From: an uncultured Roseburia sp.
GTDB lineage: Bacteria > Bacillota > Clostridia > Lachnospirales > Lachnospiraceae
Length of the DNA: 64,000 nt
Assembly: GCA_947038265.1 (NCBI GenBank)
Contig: CAMQVP010000001.1
Location: 60,968 to 124,967 of the forward strand
Reading direction: 5' to 3'
The stretch's first letter is position 1, and every line of letters starts with the position of its first letter. The translations under genes were made by a program, and so were the position numbers. Shown piece by piece: positions 26,756 to 37,385 of this stretch. A model generated the notes under the pieces. It did no database searches, was not told where the DNA came from, and saw only the letters and a program-made list of their open reading frames with translations.

Positions 26756-29700
26756 TTATTTTACTTTTACCTTAAATACTACTTTTTTACCTGTGCCATC
26801 TGTCGCAGCCGCCGTAATTTTCACTGTTTTGCCTTTCTTCGCATTTTTTGCAATTTTTACTTTTGCAGAAGCCGCCTGCTTGCCTTTCCCTTTTACAGTG
26901 GCAATCGCAGGATTCGAAGAAGTCCACTTCAATGCCTTATTCACGGGCTTACCGCCTTTTGTCTTTACTTTTGCTTTTAATGTGACTGTTTTATTCCGCG
27001 CCGCCGTTACGTTCTTTTTCCCGCTTGCCGTAACTTTAGACACGCTTCCCTTCATAATCTGAATCGTTGCCGTTGCAGACACTTTGCCATCTGCCGTTGA
27101 CGCCATAACGACAACTTTCTGTTTTGCTCCTTTCGCAGATAGCTTAACGCTGCCGCTTCCACTTAACTGCGCATACTTGTTATTTGAAGTAATTTTCCAT
27201 GTAAGCTTTTCACTTTTTGCGCTTTCTGGCAGAATCGTTAGTTCTTTTAGCAAATTAATTGATTTTCCTTTTGCTATTTGATATTTGGAAGATTGAAACT
27301 TCAAGCTAGTTACTTTCGTTGTTTTCGTTTCTTCTTTCTTTTCTGCTAAAGCTATCCTAGCTTTCGTAAGATTCGCCGTTAAAGTTTCAATACGCTGTTT
27401 TGAATATCCGGCTAATTGTTTATCCGTTATATTTTTCACAGAGTTATAAACATTGACAAACGCATTCCATGTTTTATCCGTATAATTCTTCTTTCCCGCC
27501 TGAATGATTCTTGCTGACGTCTGCCTTTCACTTTTAAATTTAGAAATTGCATTTTTCTTAGCCGTGTCTGTCTGAGTAGAGGAACCGCCATTATTCTGAT
27601 TTTCCTCATCTTTTTCCCAGTCTGCATAAAGCGTTAAGTCTTCCGTTACCGCTTCTTCTGAAAAATCAAAATCTTCTCTAAGCCCTTTATCCCGATACCA
27701 AACGCCGGTAAATGTATAACCGCTTCTTTTTGGAACCGTTTCCGGCGGGGTCACAAAACTTCCCGCTTCCACTTCTTTTGTCTCCGGCTGTGATCCTTCG
27801 TAGTTCCAGTCAAATGTCACCGTACATTTCTGCGCGCCAGACCCATTTTGATTCCATTCTGCATAAAGCGTCAGGTTATCCGTTACTTTTTCTGTCGTAA
27901 AGTCATATTCTTCCGTACATGCCTTATTCAAGTGCCATTTTCCTGTAAACGTATAGCCTTCCCGCTCCGGAGCTTCATCCGGCGGAGCCACACTGCTTCC
28001 GGCATCCACTTCTTTTCGAACTGTGTTTCCACCTTCATAATTCCAGTTAAATGTTACGATATAAGTTTCCGATGCCACTCCGTCTTGCCGCCAGCCTGCA
28101 TACAACGTCAAATTATCCGTTACTTTTTCTGTCGTAAAGTTATATTCTTCCGTACATGCCGCATCACGGTACCATTTTCCTGTAAACGTATAGCCTTCCC
28201 GCTCTGGAGCTTCATCCGGCGAAGCCACACTGCTTCCAGCATCCACTTCTTTCCGAATTGTCGTTGCGCCTTCATAATTCCAGTTAAATGTTACGATATA
28301 AGTTTCCGATGCCACTCCGTCTTGCCGCCAGCCTGCATACAACGTCAAATTATCCGTTACTTTTTCTGTCGTAAAGTTATATTCTTCCGTACATGCCGCA
28401 TCACGGTACCATTTTCCTGTAAACGTATAGCCTTCCCGCTCCGGAGCTTCATCCGGCGAAGCCACACTGCTTCCGGCATCCACTTCTTTCCGAATTGTCG
28501 TTGCGCCTTCATAATTCCAGTTAAATGTCACGATATAGGTTTTTGACGCCACTCCATCTTGCCGCCAGCCTGCATACAATGTGAGGTCGCTTGTTACATT
28601 TTCCGTAAAATCATATTCTTCCGTACATGCCGCATCACGGTACCATTTTCCTGTAAACGTATAACCTTCCCTGTTTGGAGCCGTAAGCGGAGCCACTGCC
28701 GGACTGCCGGATTCCACAGTCTTCGTCTCAACGTCAGCTCCCTCATAATTCCAATTAAATGTCACGTTATGTTCAGGAATTTTATCCTGATTCCAGCCTG
28801 CATAAAGCGTCATATTGCCTGTTACCTTCTCTGTAGCAACGTCAAATTTCTGAGCGCAGTCTGCATCCCGATACCACTCTCCCGTAAAGGTATAGCCTTC
28901 CCTGTTCGGAGCCGTGTCTGGAGCTGTCACTACACTGCCTTTCTCTGCTTCTACTCTTTCAGTTGATGCATTTTCATAATTCCAATGGAATGTAACCGTA
29001 TAAATAGGCACAAGATCATCGATTGCATTTTGCAAATCCGCCGCCACACTGTCTACCCTGCTTTGCGCAACGTACGCGCTGTCTTTTATCTTTTCTGCCG
29101 AAGCTATTTCCGTTCTTAACGCCTCTAAACTGGAAGCGGTATATTTTCCTGAAAGATGAATTGCCGCTTCTTTTAAAAGATCTTCCAATACAGATTTATC
29201 CACGGACGTCCCATCTGTCAAATCCTCTAATGCTGACAACAACGCATTTTTTGCTTCCCTGATTTCATCAAATGTCGCAGAATCTCCTTTTTCTGCCACT
29301 GCTTTCGCCTGATCATACGCCTCAACATATGCTGTCCATTTTACCGGATTATAAAATTCTGCATCGTCTTTTATAAATTCTGCCGCTTCGCAGAGACTAT
29401 CTAAATCAGCCTTTATATCCGATAGTTCAACATCTTTTGTATATGACATCGCCGTTTCCAGCTTACTTTTCACCTGCCGGATCAGATCGGTAGAGTCACA
29501 ATCAGCCGCTATTTCACGGGCTTCTGCAATCGCCGCCTGCAATTTTGTCCAGCTTTCCTCTGAAAAATCCGTTTTTTCCAGATTTTCCGCCTCTTGGATT
29601 AGCCGGTTTATTTCCGTTTTGGCTGTTTCCAACTCCTCTTCATTCTCTGTTTTCCAGCCTGCATAAAGCGTGATCGATTCCGTAACTTTCTCTGTATTAA

Positions 29701-32700
29701 AATCGTATTCCGTCTTACAAACCGCTTCTTTATACCACTTTCCGGTAAATATCTGCCCTTCTCTCTCTGGCGTCTCCTCCGGTTCTGTCGCGGCAAATCC
29801 ACTTGTCACTTTATTCGTGATGTTCGTTGAGCCAGAATAATTCCAATCGAACGTAACCGTATAGACTTCTATCAGCGCAGTCGCTGTCCTGTTTAATTTT
29901 TCTAACGCTTCGTCAATCTCTGATAAAGATGCGTTCCCTTTGTTTAAAACTTCATCGGCTTTTTTACGCGCATGATCAAAAGCTGTAAAGCTTGCGGCAG
30001 TATAGGCATCTGCCTGATATGCTGCGCTCATATACTTCGTGTATAAAGTCTGCAGCTGCTCTTTCTTTGCAGTGATCTCATTCAATGCGCTGTTATTCAA
30101 TGCGCTGTTTAAACTGTCCGTCGCTGCTTTTAAGCTGGAAACTGTAACGCCGTCTTTTAAAATCGCTTTTGCTTTTGTAATTGCTCCTCTTAAAGCGAGC
30201 CATCCTTTCTCTGAATAATCGCTTTCTTCTTTTCCTTCAGCAGTTTTAATTAACGATTCTAAATCCGCTATCCCGTCTACCAGCGTCCGATTCGCCGCCA
30301 TATATCCTTGCTCTACAGGATTGCTGGAATAATCAATATCCAAATGCGCCAGAATTTCCTTTATCGCCGCATAGTTTCCATGTCCACTAAATACTTGAAT
30401 TTGTAAATAATGCCCAAATTTCCCATCTTTGTTTGTAGTTTCCGGCAGCGCCAAAACTTCTTCTGTACCGGTTATATCTGTAACTTTCTCTCCTTCCACT
30501 CTATTAATTCCCGTTTCTGGATTGTTCATTATCTGATAAGTGGATTCATTATAGGCATCGCCTGTAACCAATTTATATGACTGAATATACCCATTGGTTC
30601 CACTCGGCTTTTGTAAGGCTTCTATCGAATCATATTCTGATAAATCCCTTGGAAATTCAACCGTAAACACCGCCGGATTTGTTTCTGAAACTGTAAATCC
30701 GCTATACTGTGAATGCCAGTATGTATTTAATTTTCCATCTACTGCCAAATTTGCGACGCCATCGCCATAAGTATTTCCATTCTTGTTATTCTCTTGGGTA
30801 TTCGCCCACGCTTTTCCACTGAGATCTTCATCTCCCTCATACTGTTCCGGCAGCGTCACAGTAGCGCTCACACGCTCAGACGTCCCATCACTAAAAACAG
30901 CCTCTGCCGTTATTGTAGCCGTGCCAACTCCTACAAAATATACATTTCCATACTTATCGACAAGGGCAACATCCTCATCACTGGAGCTCCAAGAAATACT
31001 TGGATTCTGCCCGTTGCTGTTTCTAAAAACAGCTTTTAATTTGACTGAATCTTTCGCAGTAACCACTTCTACATTTGATGGGCTGATCACAGTTTCTTCT
31101 GTTGCCGGCAGAATATTGCTGACTTTAATTGTCGTCTCCGGTGTGCCTGCAAAGGCAATTTTTCCTGCTGTGTCAGCGCTCACTGAGCCGCCTGCATCTT
31201 CCTGTTCAAAAATCTTTTCCCCATTAATCTCTAAGCTGAATTTCCGATCATTTGTCCATGATATCCGGACTCTTTTCAGATTGTCCGCTCCCGGATTATC
31301 TTCTCTATCTCCTTGATACCATGGGGAGTTGTCTTCTGAATACTTTTGCCAAAACCAGCCATAGTCATCAAATCCGAAAAACATGCCTAATGCTTTGTCA
31401 CTTCCATTCTTATAACCCATATACACGCCCATCCAGTTCTTGCCGGTATATTCCAAATCAAATTCGAAAAATCCCTCATGGGTAAAATCAAATGTCTGTT
31501 TACTTACAAATGTTGTCGGAGAGCTGTAAGAGCTGGATGAACCGCCCGTTAACTCCAATACTCCATTTTGAGACGAAACAACCGCGCCATTCGGGTTCCT
31601 GTCAGCTATCCATTCTCCTTCCAAAATTTCAGGCGGAATTTCTTTCCACTTTGCATATAGGATAAGATTGCTCTTTACAACTGCGTTAAAATCATATTTT
31701 TTCTCAAACTTACTGTCCGCATACCAGTTGACAAACTCATATCCTTCTTTTTCCGGCATTTCGTAAAGCATTTCTTTCGTCGGCTTTACTGCTTTTCCAT
31801 TTAATGCAACCGTCTGGCTTAAAGCATGCACTTCGGCGCCGTCACTCATAAAAGTCACCGTAAATGTCTTTTTCTCCAGATTTATTGCGTCAATTGCCGC
31901 TTTTGCCGCTTTCAGCGCAGCATTTACTCCCGCAATATCCGACGCTTTGTCAATATTCGCTTTGCCTTCCGCGATTGCGCGCTTTAGTTCAATTCTCTGG
32001 TCATATTCATTGATATTCGTATAATTGTCAAGTTTCTGTTTCGCTTCCTCCTTTGCCTGCGCCAATTCTCTTTCTGCCGCCTGCTCTTTTGTTTCAATCG
32101 AATCCAGATTTTCTTTCGCTTCCTGCAATGCGGCGTTCATGCCGGATATATTCATCGCTTTGTCAATCGCCGCTTCTCCTGCCGCAATCGCTTCCGCCCT
32201 TTTCGTCTTGCTTTCAGCGCCATAGTTGTCCGCGTTCGTATATTCGTTCAATTCCGTCTTTTTTGCATTCTTTAAAGTCTGAATCGCTGTAACTATCCCT
32301 GCCAGATTCTCTTTCACAACAACTTTACATGCAAAAGATTGTGACTCCTCATCAGCATAAGCCGCCGTAACTGTTGTTTCACCTGCTCCAACTGCCGTAA
32401 TAATGCCATTTTCGTCCACTGACGCTGCTCCCGGATTCGAAGAAGTCCAGACTGCCTTTCCCCTATCATCCTGCAAAAGGGACAAATTCTCCGCTATCGC
32501 AGCGCGGTCACCCGAAACCAGATAAATATTCTCTTTATTATCCTGATTCCCAAATGCCGCTTCCTTAAATACGGCAGTTGAACCGGACGGGCCTGACGTT
32601 TCAATTTTTAGATTGCGAATCCCTTCAATATCAAGGGATAACGACGTTTCCAAATCTCCTGCTGAAGTGTCAAATTGATACAATGGCTGTGGATTGTCAT

Positions 32701-35700
32701 CCCCATAAATTTTCACCTCAGCCGCATTATTTCCCAAACTTCCTTCTATGACGATCTGAGAAGTAAATTTGTCAAATTCCTTTCCAATTAAATCCGCAGT
32801 AACCGTAGTCCCAGCCGGAATTGAAACTGATTTTAAGGTCTCATCTTTTTGGACAGAGGCATCCCAACTGCCTAATGTCAAATCGCTGAGATAACTGGTT
32901 GTCAAAGCTTTCTCAAACTTCTCATAAAGACAAAATTCTGCCGCCGTAATAAATTTATTTGCCCCGCCCTCTCCTGCGGTAGTCAGCGCGCGGATTCTAA
33001 TTCTTCTTGCATTTTTTGCGTCAAACTCCAAACTCTTTGTATTGGCATTATCCGCCCATGTAATGGACGGTAAAGTGATTTTTTTAAAATCCTCGCCGCT
33101 TTCCGTCTCGCTGTAATATAATTCACAAGAAAGAATCCTTCCGTTATTATTATTACCTTGCCTTGGAACATAATCCAATTTCCCAATGTCTATATTTTCA
33201 GGAAGCGTAATTGTATAATTCCCCGGAACATTAACCTGATCATATTTCGTATGCCAAATCGTCCCTAAATCTTTGTCAAGGGCTTTCTGCGCCCCTTCAT
33301 CTACGCTGTTTTGGCTGTCCGCCACGGCGCTTAACGCGCTTGAGTCTATTTTGTGATAACCATAAATTGTTTGCTCGTGCCCCAGGATACGGCCATAAAC
33401 CGCATCATACGCCGCCTTTTCCTCATCATCTAACAGCTCATATGCCTTTGCAAGCGCAATTTTTGCATTATGGAACTTGCTTTCAGAAGCCAAATCGTCC
33501 ATTGCCATATGCTCCAACAGATAATCGGAATAACTGTTCATCATGGACACAAACACGTCTTTTTGCTTTGCTTCATTCCAGCCTTGCTGCATAAGCCCTC
33601 TGTCTGTCATCACATAGGTCACAGTTTTTATCCCGCTGTTTCCTTCAATATAATACGCCGGAATATCTTTTTTAGTATACTGGCTTGTATAATACATTTT
33701 TCCAATTTCTTCATGATCCAGTTCTATTTTCGTTCCAACCGGAAAGTCAAAATCCTCATTATACGCATCCGCTTTATCTTTTCCAGTTAAAGTCCGGTCA
33801 AACACTTTCGTCCCAGACGAATTATACACACGGACTGCGACATACTTATTCTCAAAATATACATGCGGCTCTACATTATTGATTCTGACGTTAATCTTAT
33901 TTTCCCCTGTTTTTTGCGAAACAACGATAATTTCGCCGCCCATGCCCGTCATACGGATCTGCATATCGTCCGCCAGCAGGTTGCCTGTTACTTTTTTATA
34001 TTCCAAATCCTTCGTAACGGCTCCTTTTGCCGCTACCAGATACTCATTGCCATACTGATAGTTTTTTTCCCGTGGCATTGGAAGCTCTACTTCATAAATG
34101 CCCACTGGGAGAGTCGCCGTAATCTGGGCGTTTTCAACCGGAAGCCGCTTAACAATCTTTGACCCGTTTTTGATAACGACATATTTTCCCTGGATCTTTT
34201 CTAAGTCATCAATCGACACATTCAACGTAACATTGCTTGTGTCATTCCGTTGAAGCTCCGCCAAATCGTCTGTGCTGACAAGGCTGTAAATGCCGTTCAT
34301 TACCTTGCCTTTTTCTGCAAGCGCCTGACGGACTGTTTCCGCTTCTTCATCGTTTGTATAGAGATTTCTCAGATAATAAAGCATCGGCAAATCCTGATCA
34401 TAAATTTTATCTTCTAAAACTTCCGATGCGTGGATATGCCATCCTTCAAAATAAGGGATTACATTATATCCGCCCGTCTGGCTGAAACTCTCTACGATCG
34501 CCTCTGAAGAAGACATATTGCTTCCATGCTCGTAATTATATTTACGGAAAGTCGTATGCATTGCCGCCGTCGTTTTTTCCGGTCCCAGACGGTCGAGCAT
34601 ATTGACAAACATAAACAGACTGTTCTTATACATTTTCCGTCCTGCAGTGATGTCATTAAATACAGGCACTGCATTACGCGTCTGCTCCGATTCCCTTCCG
34701 AGCGCATTATACGCTTCCAGTTTCGTACTTCCATACCCGCCTAAAAGCCATCCAAAATCCTTCTCCGGACGGTAAGTCGGTTCAAAATAATATCCCATAA
34801 TATTATTCGTCGTCTCTACAAAAGAGTTTTCCTGATTTGCAATCGCCCCTTCATACCCATGCCCGAACTCATGCAGGGAAGTCCAGTCTTTATACAAATA
34901 GGAGCCAAGATTATCCCCGTGGAACGCGCTGTGATCTCCGGAATAGTATGCAAGTCCTGCGCCATTTACGTTCGCTTTAATAAAGAATTTTGCCCGAACG
35001 TTTTGATTATAAGGCTTATCCGTATAAAAATCCAATCCGGAATACGCATCATACTGTTCTTCAAATGCCGCCGCCCAGTCTAACATCTCATCAATCGTAT
35101 GAAATTGGTAGACTGGATCGTTTTTCTTATCCGGATGATCTATAATCTCATACCTGTTCTTCCTTGGCGCCAAAAACGTAGCCGCCTGCCCTTCTATAAT
35201 CGCAAACGAATCTTCTGTTTTATCCCAATCAGAAAAGAACGCCGACTCATCATCTCCATACCGGTAATAAGGAATATCACGGTAAGCATCGTTCCATTCC
35301 ACCTCAACCACCGGCTGTACCGTCGTATTCTTTGGCGTATAAATAAACGGCACGCTGTCCACGCTCTTTTTCTTCTCATTTTCTATACACTGGTTTTTTA
35401 CCGTGATCCATTCCCCACCAGCAGGAATGCGGACAGAATCCTTCGGGTCAGACTCTTCCTCTCCCTTCACTTCAACCAGTTTTTCCGTAGTTGCATCAAT
35501 ATTCAAAAGCTTTAAATTCAATTCTTTCGTAAACTCTGTATGATTAACCAGACGGATTTTCATAGTTTCATTTTCCGGCAGCCAAAAACCCAGATTCTGC
35601 CTGTCATGGTTATATCCTCTGTTAAACCCGATATTCGTCAAATGGGACGCGTCCGGAAGCGTATACAAGATCCTCTTGATATTCTTTTTCTCCGTGTCCC

Positions 35701-36094
35701 CACTGTCCTTTGCTAAAACGGATACCGTAAGCGTATGTTCCGCTGTTCTGCCGTCCGAGTCCGTCACCCGGTATGTAACCGTCTGATCGCCTAACTTAGA
35801 CGTATCGATCGATCCTGTCTGGACAATATTCTTCGTTAAATCTCCATCTTCCTGATCATCTGCAAAAACAATATTCCTGCTATTTTCATAGTCGAACTCT
35901 TCCCCCTGATAGATCCAAGTCTTTAAAGTTCCCGATAAAAACGGCGTCCGATACGCATCAAACCCATTTTCCGATTCATTTGCAGTTTTTGCAGTATCCG
36001 GCGCTTCCGCCGCTTTCAAATTCATACCGGGCATTATGCCAAGCGCCATTGCAGATGCAAGAACCACTGCACAACTCTTTTTTAAAAACCCCAT
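26756..36094 (-). CDS. giant secreted M60-like (enhancin-type) zinc metalloprotease/adhesin carrying F5/8-type-C, Big_2, FIVAR and about 8 Listeria-Bacteroides (Flg_new) repeats
   Basis: 3112 aa counted from the ATG at 36094, which has GGAGG 10 nt upstream. Signal peptide MGFLKKSCAVVLASAMALGIMPG. The zinc site is LHEFGHGYEG (HExxH) in an M60-like context. There are two discoidin-like segments (...LGTIWHTKYDQ... and ...LNTYWHSQYSG...), alpha-helical FIVAR-like units (...AKENLDSIETKEQAA...), 79-aa repeats YIVTFNWNYEG...GYTFTGKWYRDAACTEEY...LTLYAGW, Big_2-like C-terminal domains and a lysine-rich tail. No LPXTG motif is visible. Confidence 0.85.
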   Translation of the reverse strand: MGFLKKSCAVVLASAMALGIMPGMNLKAAEAPDTAKTANESENGFDAYRTPFLSGTLKTWIYQGEEFDYENSRNIVFADDQEDGDLTKNIVQTGSIDTSKLGDQTVTYRVTDSDGRTAEHTLTVSVLAKDSGDTEKKNIKRILYTLPDASHLTNIGFNRGYNHDRQNLGFWLPENETMKIRLVNHTEFTKELNLKLLNIDATTEKLVEVKGEEESDPKDSVRIPAGGEWITVKNQCIENEKKKSVDSVPFIYTPKNTTVQPVVEVEWNDAYRDIPYYRYGDDESAFFSDWDKTEDSFAIIEGQAATFLAPRKNRYEIIDHPDKKNDPVYQFHTIDEMLDWAAAFEEQYDAYSGLDFYTDKPYNQNVRAKFFIKANVNGAGLAYYSGDHSAFHGDNLGSYLYKDWTSLHEFGHGYEGAIANQENSFVETTNNIMGYYFEPTYRPEKDFGWLLGGYGSTKLEAYNALGRESEQTRNAVPVFNDITAGRKMYKNSLFMFVNMLDRLGPEKTTAAMHTTFRKYNYEHGSNMSSSEAIVESFSQTGGYNVIPYFEGWHIHASEVLEDKIYDQDLPMLYYLRNLYTNDEEAETVRQALAEKGKVMNGIYSLVSTDDLAELQRNDTSNVTLNVSIDDLEKIQGKYVVIKNGSKIVKRLPVENAQITATLPVGIYEVELPMPREKNYQYGNEYLVAAKGAVTKDLEYKKVTGNLLADDMQIRMTGMGGEIIVVSQKTGENKINVRINNVEPHVYFENKYVAVRVYNSSGTKVFDRTLTGKDKADAYNEDFDFPVGTKIELDHEEIGKMYYTSQYTKKDIPAYYIEGNSGIKTVTYVMTDRGLMQQGWNEAKQKDVFVSMMNSYSDYLLEHMAMDDLASESKFHNAKIALAKAYELLDDEEKAAYDAVYGRILGHEQTIYGYHKIDSSALSAVADSQNSVDEGAQKALDKDLGTIWHTKYDQVNVPGNYTITLPENIDIGKLDYVPRQGNNNNGRILSCELYYSETESGEDFKKITLPSITWADNANTKSLEFDAKNARRIRIRALTTAGEGGANKFITAAEFCLYEKFEKALTTSYLSDLTLGSWDASVQKDETLKSVSIPAGTTVTADLIGKEFDKFTSQIVIEGSLGNNAAEVKIYGDDNPQPLYQFDTSAGDLETSLSLDIEGIRNLKIETSGPSGSTAVFKEAAFGNQDNKENIYLVSGDRAAIAENLSLLQDDRGKAVWTSSNPGAASVDENGIITAVGAGETTVTAAYADEESQSFACKVVVKENLAGIVTAIQTLKNAKKTELNEYTNADNYGAESKTKRAEAIAAGEAAIDKAMNISGMNAALQEAKENLDSIETKEQAAERELAQAKEEAKQKLDNYTNINEYDQRIELKRAIAEGKANIDKASDIAGVNAALKAAKAAIDAINLEKKTFTVTFMSDGAEVHALSQTVALNGKAVKPTKEMLYEMPEKEGYEFVNWYADSKFEKKYDFNAVVKSNLILYAKWKEIPPEILEGEWIADRNPNGAVVSSQNGVLELTGGSSSSYSSPTTFVSKQTFDFTHEGFFEFDLEYTGKNWMGVYMGYKNGSDKALGMFFGFDDYGWFWQKYSEDNSPWYQGDREDNPGADNLKRVRISWTNDRKFSLEINGEKIFEQEDAGGSVSADTAGKIAFAGTPETTIKVSNILPATEETVISPSNVEVVTAKDSVKLKAVFRNSNGQNPSISWSSSDEDVALVDKYGNVYFVGVGTATITAEAVFSDGTSERVSATVTLPEQYEGDEDLSGKAWANTQENNKNGNTYGDGVANLAVDGKLNTYWHSQYSGFTVSETNPAVFTVEFPRDLSEYDSIEALQKPSGTNGYIQSYKLVTGDAYNESTYQIMNNPETGINRVEGEKVTDITGTEEVLALPETTNKDGKFGHYLQIQVFSGHGNYAAIKEILAHLDIDYSSNPVEQGYMAANRTLVDGIADLESLIKTAEGKEESDYSEKGWLALRGAITKAKAILKDGVTVSSLKAATDSLNSALNNSALNEITAKKEQLQTLYTKYMSAAYQADAYTAASFTAFDHARKKADEVLNKGNASLSEIDEALEKLNRTATALIEVYTVTFDWNYSGSTNITNKVTSGFAATEPEETPEREGQIFTGKWYKEAVCKTEYDFNTEKVTESITLYAGWKTENEEELETAKTEINRLIQEAENLEKTDFSEESWTKLQAAIAEAREIAADCDSTDLIRQVKSKLETAMSYTKDVELSDIKADLDSLCEAAEFIKDDAEFYNPVKWTAYVEAYDQAKAVAEKGDSATFDEIREAKNALLSALEDLTDGTSVDKSVLEDLLKEAAIHLSGKYTASSLEALRTEIASAEKIKDSAYVAQSRVDSVAADLQNAIDDLVPIYTVTFHWNYENASTERVEAEKGSVVTAPDTAPNREGYTFTGEWYRDADCAQKFDVATEKVTGNMTLYAGWNQDKIPEHNVTFNWNYEGADVETKTVESGSPAVAPLTAPNREGYTFTGKWYRDAACTEEYDFTENVTSDLTLYAGWRQDGVASKTYIVTFNWNYEGATTIRKEVDAGSSVASPDEAPEREGYTFTGKWYRDAACTEEYNFTTEKVTDNLTLYAGWRQDGVASETYIVTFNWNYEGATTIRKEVDAGSSVASPDEAPEREGYTFTGKWYRDAACTEEYNFTTEKVTDNLTLYAGWRQDGVASETYIVTFNWNYEGGNTVRKEVDAGSSVAPPDEAPEREGYTFTGKWHLNKACTEEYDFTTEKVTDNLTLYAEWNQNGSGAQKCTVTFDWNYEGSQPETKEVEAGSFVTPPETVPKRSGYTFTGVWYRDKGLREDFDFSEEAVTEDLTLYADWEKDEENQNNGGSSTQTDTAKKNAISKFKSERQTSARIIQAGKKNYTDKTWNAFVNVYNSVKNITDKQLAGYSKQRIETLTANLTKARIALAEKKEETKTTKVTSLKFQSSKYQIAKGKSINLLKELTILPESAKSEKLTWKITSNNKYAQLSGSGSVKLSAKGAKQKVVVMASTADGKVSATATIQIMKGSVSKVTASGKKNVTAARNKTVTLKAKVKTKGGKPVNKALKWTSSNPAIATVKGKGKQAASAKVKIAKNAKKGKTVKITAAATDGTGKKVVFKVKVK
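27610..29010 (-). repeat. intragenic tandem repeats of 237 bp (79 aa); two adjacent copies are identical at protein level and flanking copies are near-identical
   Basis: Period-237 DNA repeats, e.g. ccagcctgcatacaacgtcaaattatccgttactttttctgtcgtaaagttatattc recurs at about 28091 and about 28328. The protein copies YIVTFNWNYEGATTIRKEVDAGSSVASPDEAPEREGYTFTGKWYRDAACTEEYNFTTEKVTDNLTLYAGWRQDGVASET occur twice, flanked by close variants. Confidence 0.85.
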
Positions 36095-36358
36095 AACAAA
36101 TAAGACCTCCTTCTGAAAATTGTTCACAAAATGTACAGTTATTCTCATTATAGAATCTTTCCTGCCATTTTACAACCACTTTTTTACATTATTTTTTCAA
36201 AAAAATATAAGCCAAACAGACAGAAAGCAGTCAGCGGATCACATCGAAAATGCAAACAAGCTGAAATCAATTTCATATAGTTTGCACAAAATTCTTATGC
36301 CAAATTTATCAAAAACGCCTATTTACAATCTAAAGAATACCATATATCCTATAAAAAT

Positions 36359-36373
36359 ATGAAACCGATCACA
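36359..36373 (+). promoter_or_regulatory. cre/LacI-family operator-like site (aTGAAACCGATCACa)
   Basis: It fits WTGNAANCGNWNNCW and sits about 25 nt upstream of the scrK ATG, in the promoter region divergent from the giant gene. Confidence 0.4.
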
Positions 36374-36398
36374 CAATACTAAAATGGAGGATCTATCT

Positions 36399-37355
36399 AT
36401 GGCATACTATGACGTAACCGCCCTAGGCGAACTGTTAATCGACTTCACGGAACATGGCTTAAGCGCTCAAGGCAATCCGCTATTAGAAGCCAATCCCGGA
36501 GGCGCCCCCTGCAATGCGCTTGCCATGCTGGCAAAGCTAGGCCGAAAGACCGCGTTTATCGGCAAGGTGGGAACTGACATTTTTGGAACCCAGCTTAAAC
36601 AGACGCTGGAAGAATGCCACATCGGCGCAAACGGACTTGTACGGGATAAAAAAACTCATACTACTTTGGCATTTGTCCATAAAACGCCAGACGGCGACAG
36701 AAAATTTTCTTTTTGCCGCAATCCGGGCGCCGATATGATGTTAAATGAAGATGACCTCGATGAAGATCTAATTAAAAACTGTAAAATATTCCACTATGGC
36801 TCTCTGTCCATGACGCATGAGCCTTGCCGCGCCGCCACAAAAAAAGCAATCAGGCTGGCGGAAGAAAGCGGCGCCCTGCTTTCCTTTGACCCAAACCTAA
36901 GAGAACCCCTGTGGAACTCGCTGGAAGAAGCAAGAAAGCAAATCTCTTTTTGTATGGCGCATTGCCAGATTTTGAAAATATCCGACAATGAACTCCAATG
37001 GTTTACAGGAGAAAGCAACTTTGACCAAGGCATTATTGCCCTGAAAAAAATCTATAATATACCGCTTATCCTGTTATCTATGGGTAAAGACGGAAGCCGC
37101 GCATATACAAAAAACTGCTTTGTGGAATATCCCGCTTATGAACAGCCTTTTGTAAAAGACACTACAGGAGCGGGAGACACGTTCTGCGCCTGCATTTTAC
37201 ACTATATATTAGAACATGGATTTGTGGAATTTACCGCCCAGCAGCTCACTGAAATGCTAAAATTCGCAAATGCCGCCGCCTCTATCGTTACAACAAAAAA
37301 AGGCGCCCTGCGCGTTATGCCAGACAAAACGGAAATTCAAGCGCTAATCCAATAA
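36399..37355 (+). CDS. scrK: PfkB-family carbohydrate kinase (fructokinase)
   Basis: MAYYDVTALGELLIDFT...NPGGAPCNALAMLAKLG...FIGKVGTDIFG... and a C-terminal ...DTTGAGDTFCA.... GGAGG lies 9 nt upstream of the ATG at 36399. Confidence 0.8.
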   Translation: MAYYDVTALGELLIDFTEHGLSAQGNPLLEANPGGAPCNALAMLAKLGRKTAFIGKVGTDIFGTQLKQTLEECHIGANGLVRDKKTHTTLAFVHKTPDGDRKFSFCRNPGADMMLNEDDLDEDLIKNCKIFHYGSLSMTHEPCRAATKKAIRLAEESGALLSFDPNLREPLWNSLEEARKQISFCMAHCQILKISDNELQWFTGESNFDQGIIALKKIYNIPLILLSMGKDGSRAYTKNCFVEYPAYEQPFVKDTTGAGDTFCACILHYILEHGFVEFTAQQLTEMLKFANAAASIVTTKKGALRVMPDKTEIQALIQ

Positions 37356-37385
37356 CCATTAAATCCCCGCCAAGGAGGTGAACCT

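Noticed and set aside
27848-28966. Plus-strand ORFs with internal repeats (27848..28546, 28559..28966)
   Set aside because: They are antisense images of the 237-bp tandem repeats inside the giant minus-strand gene.
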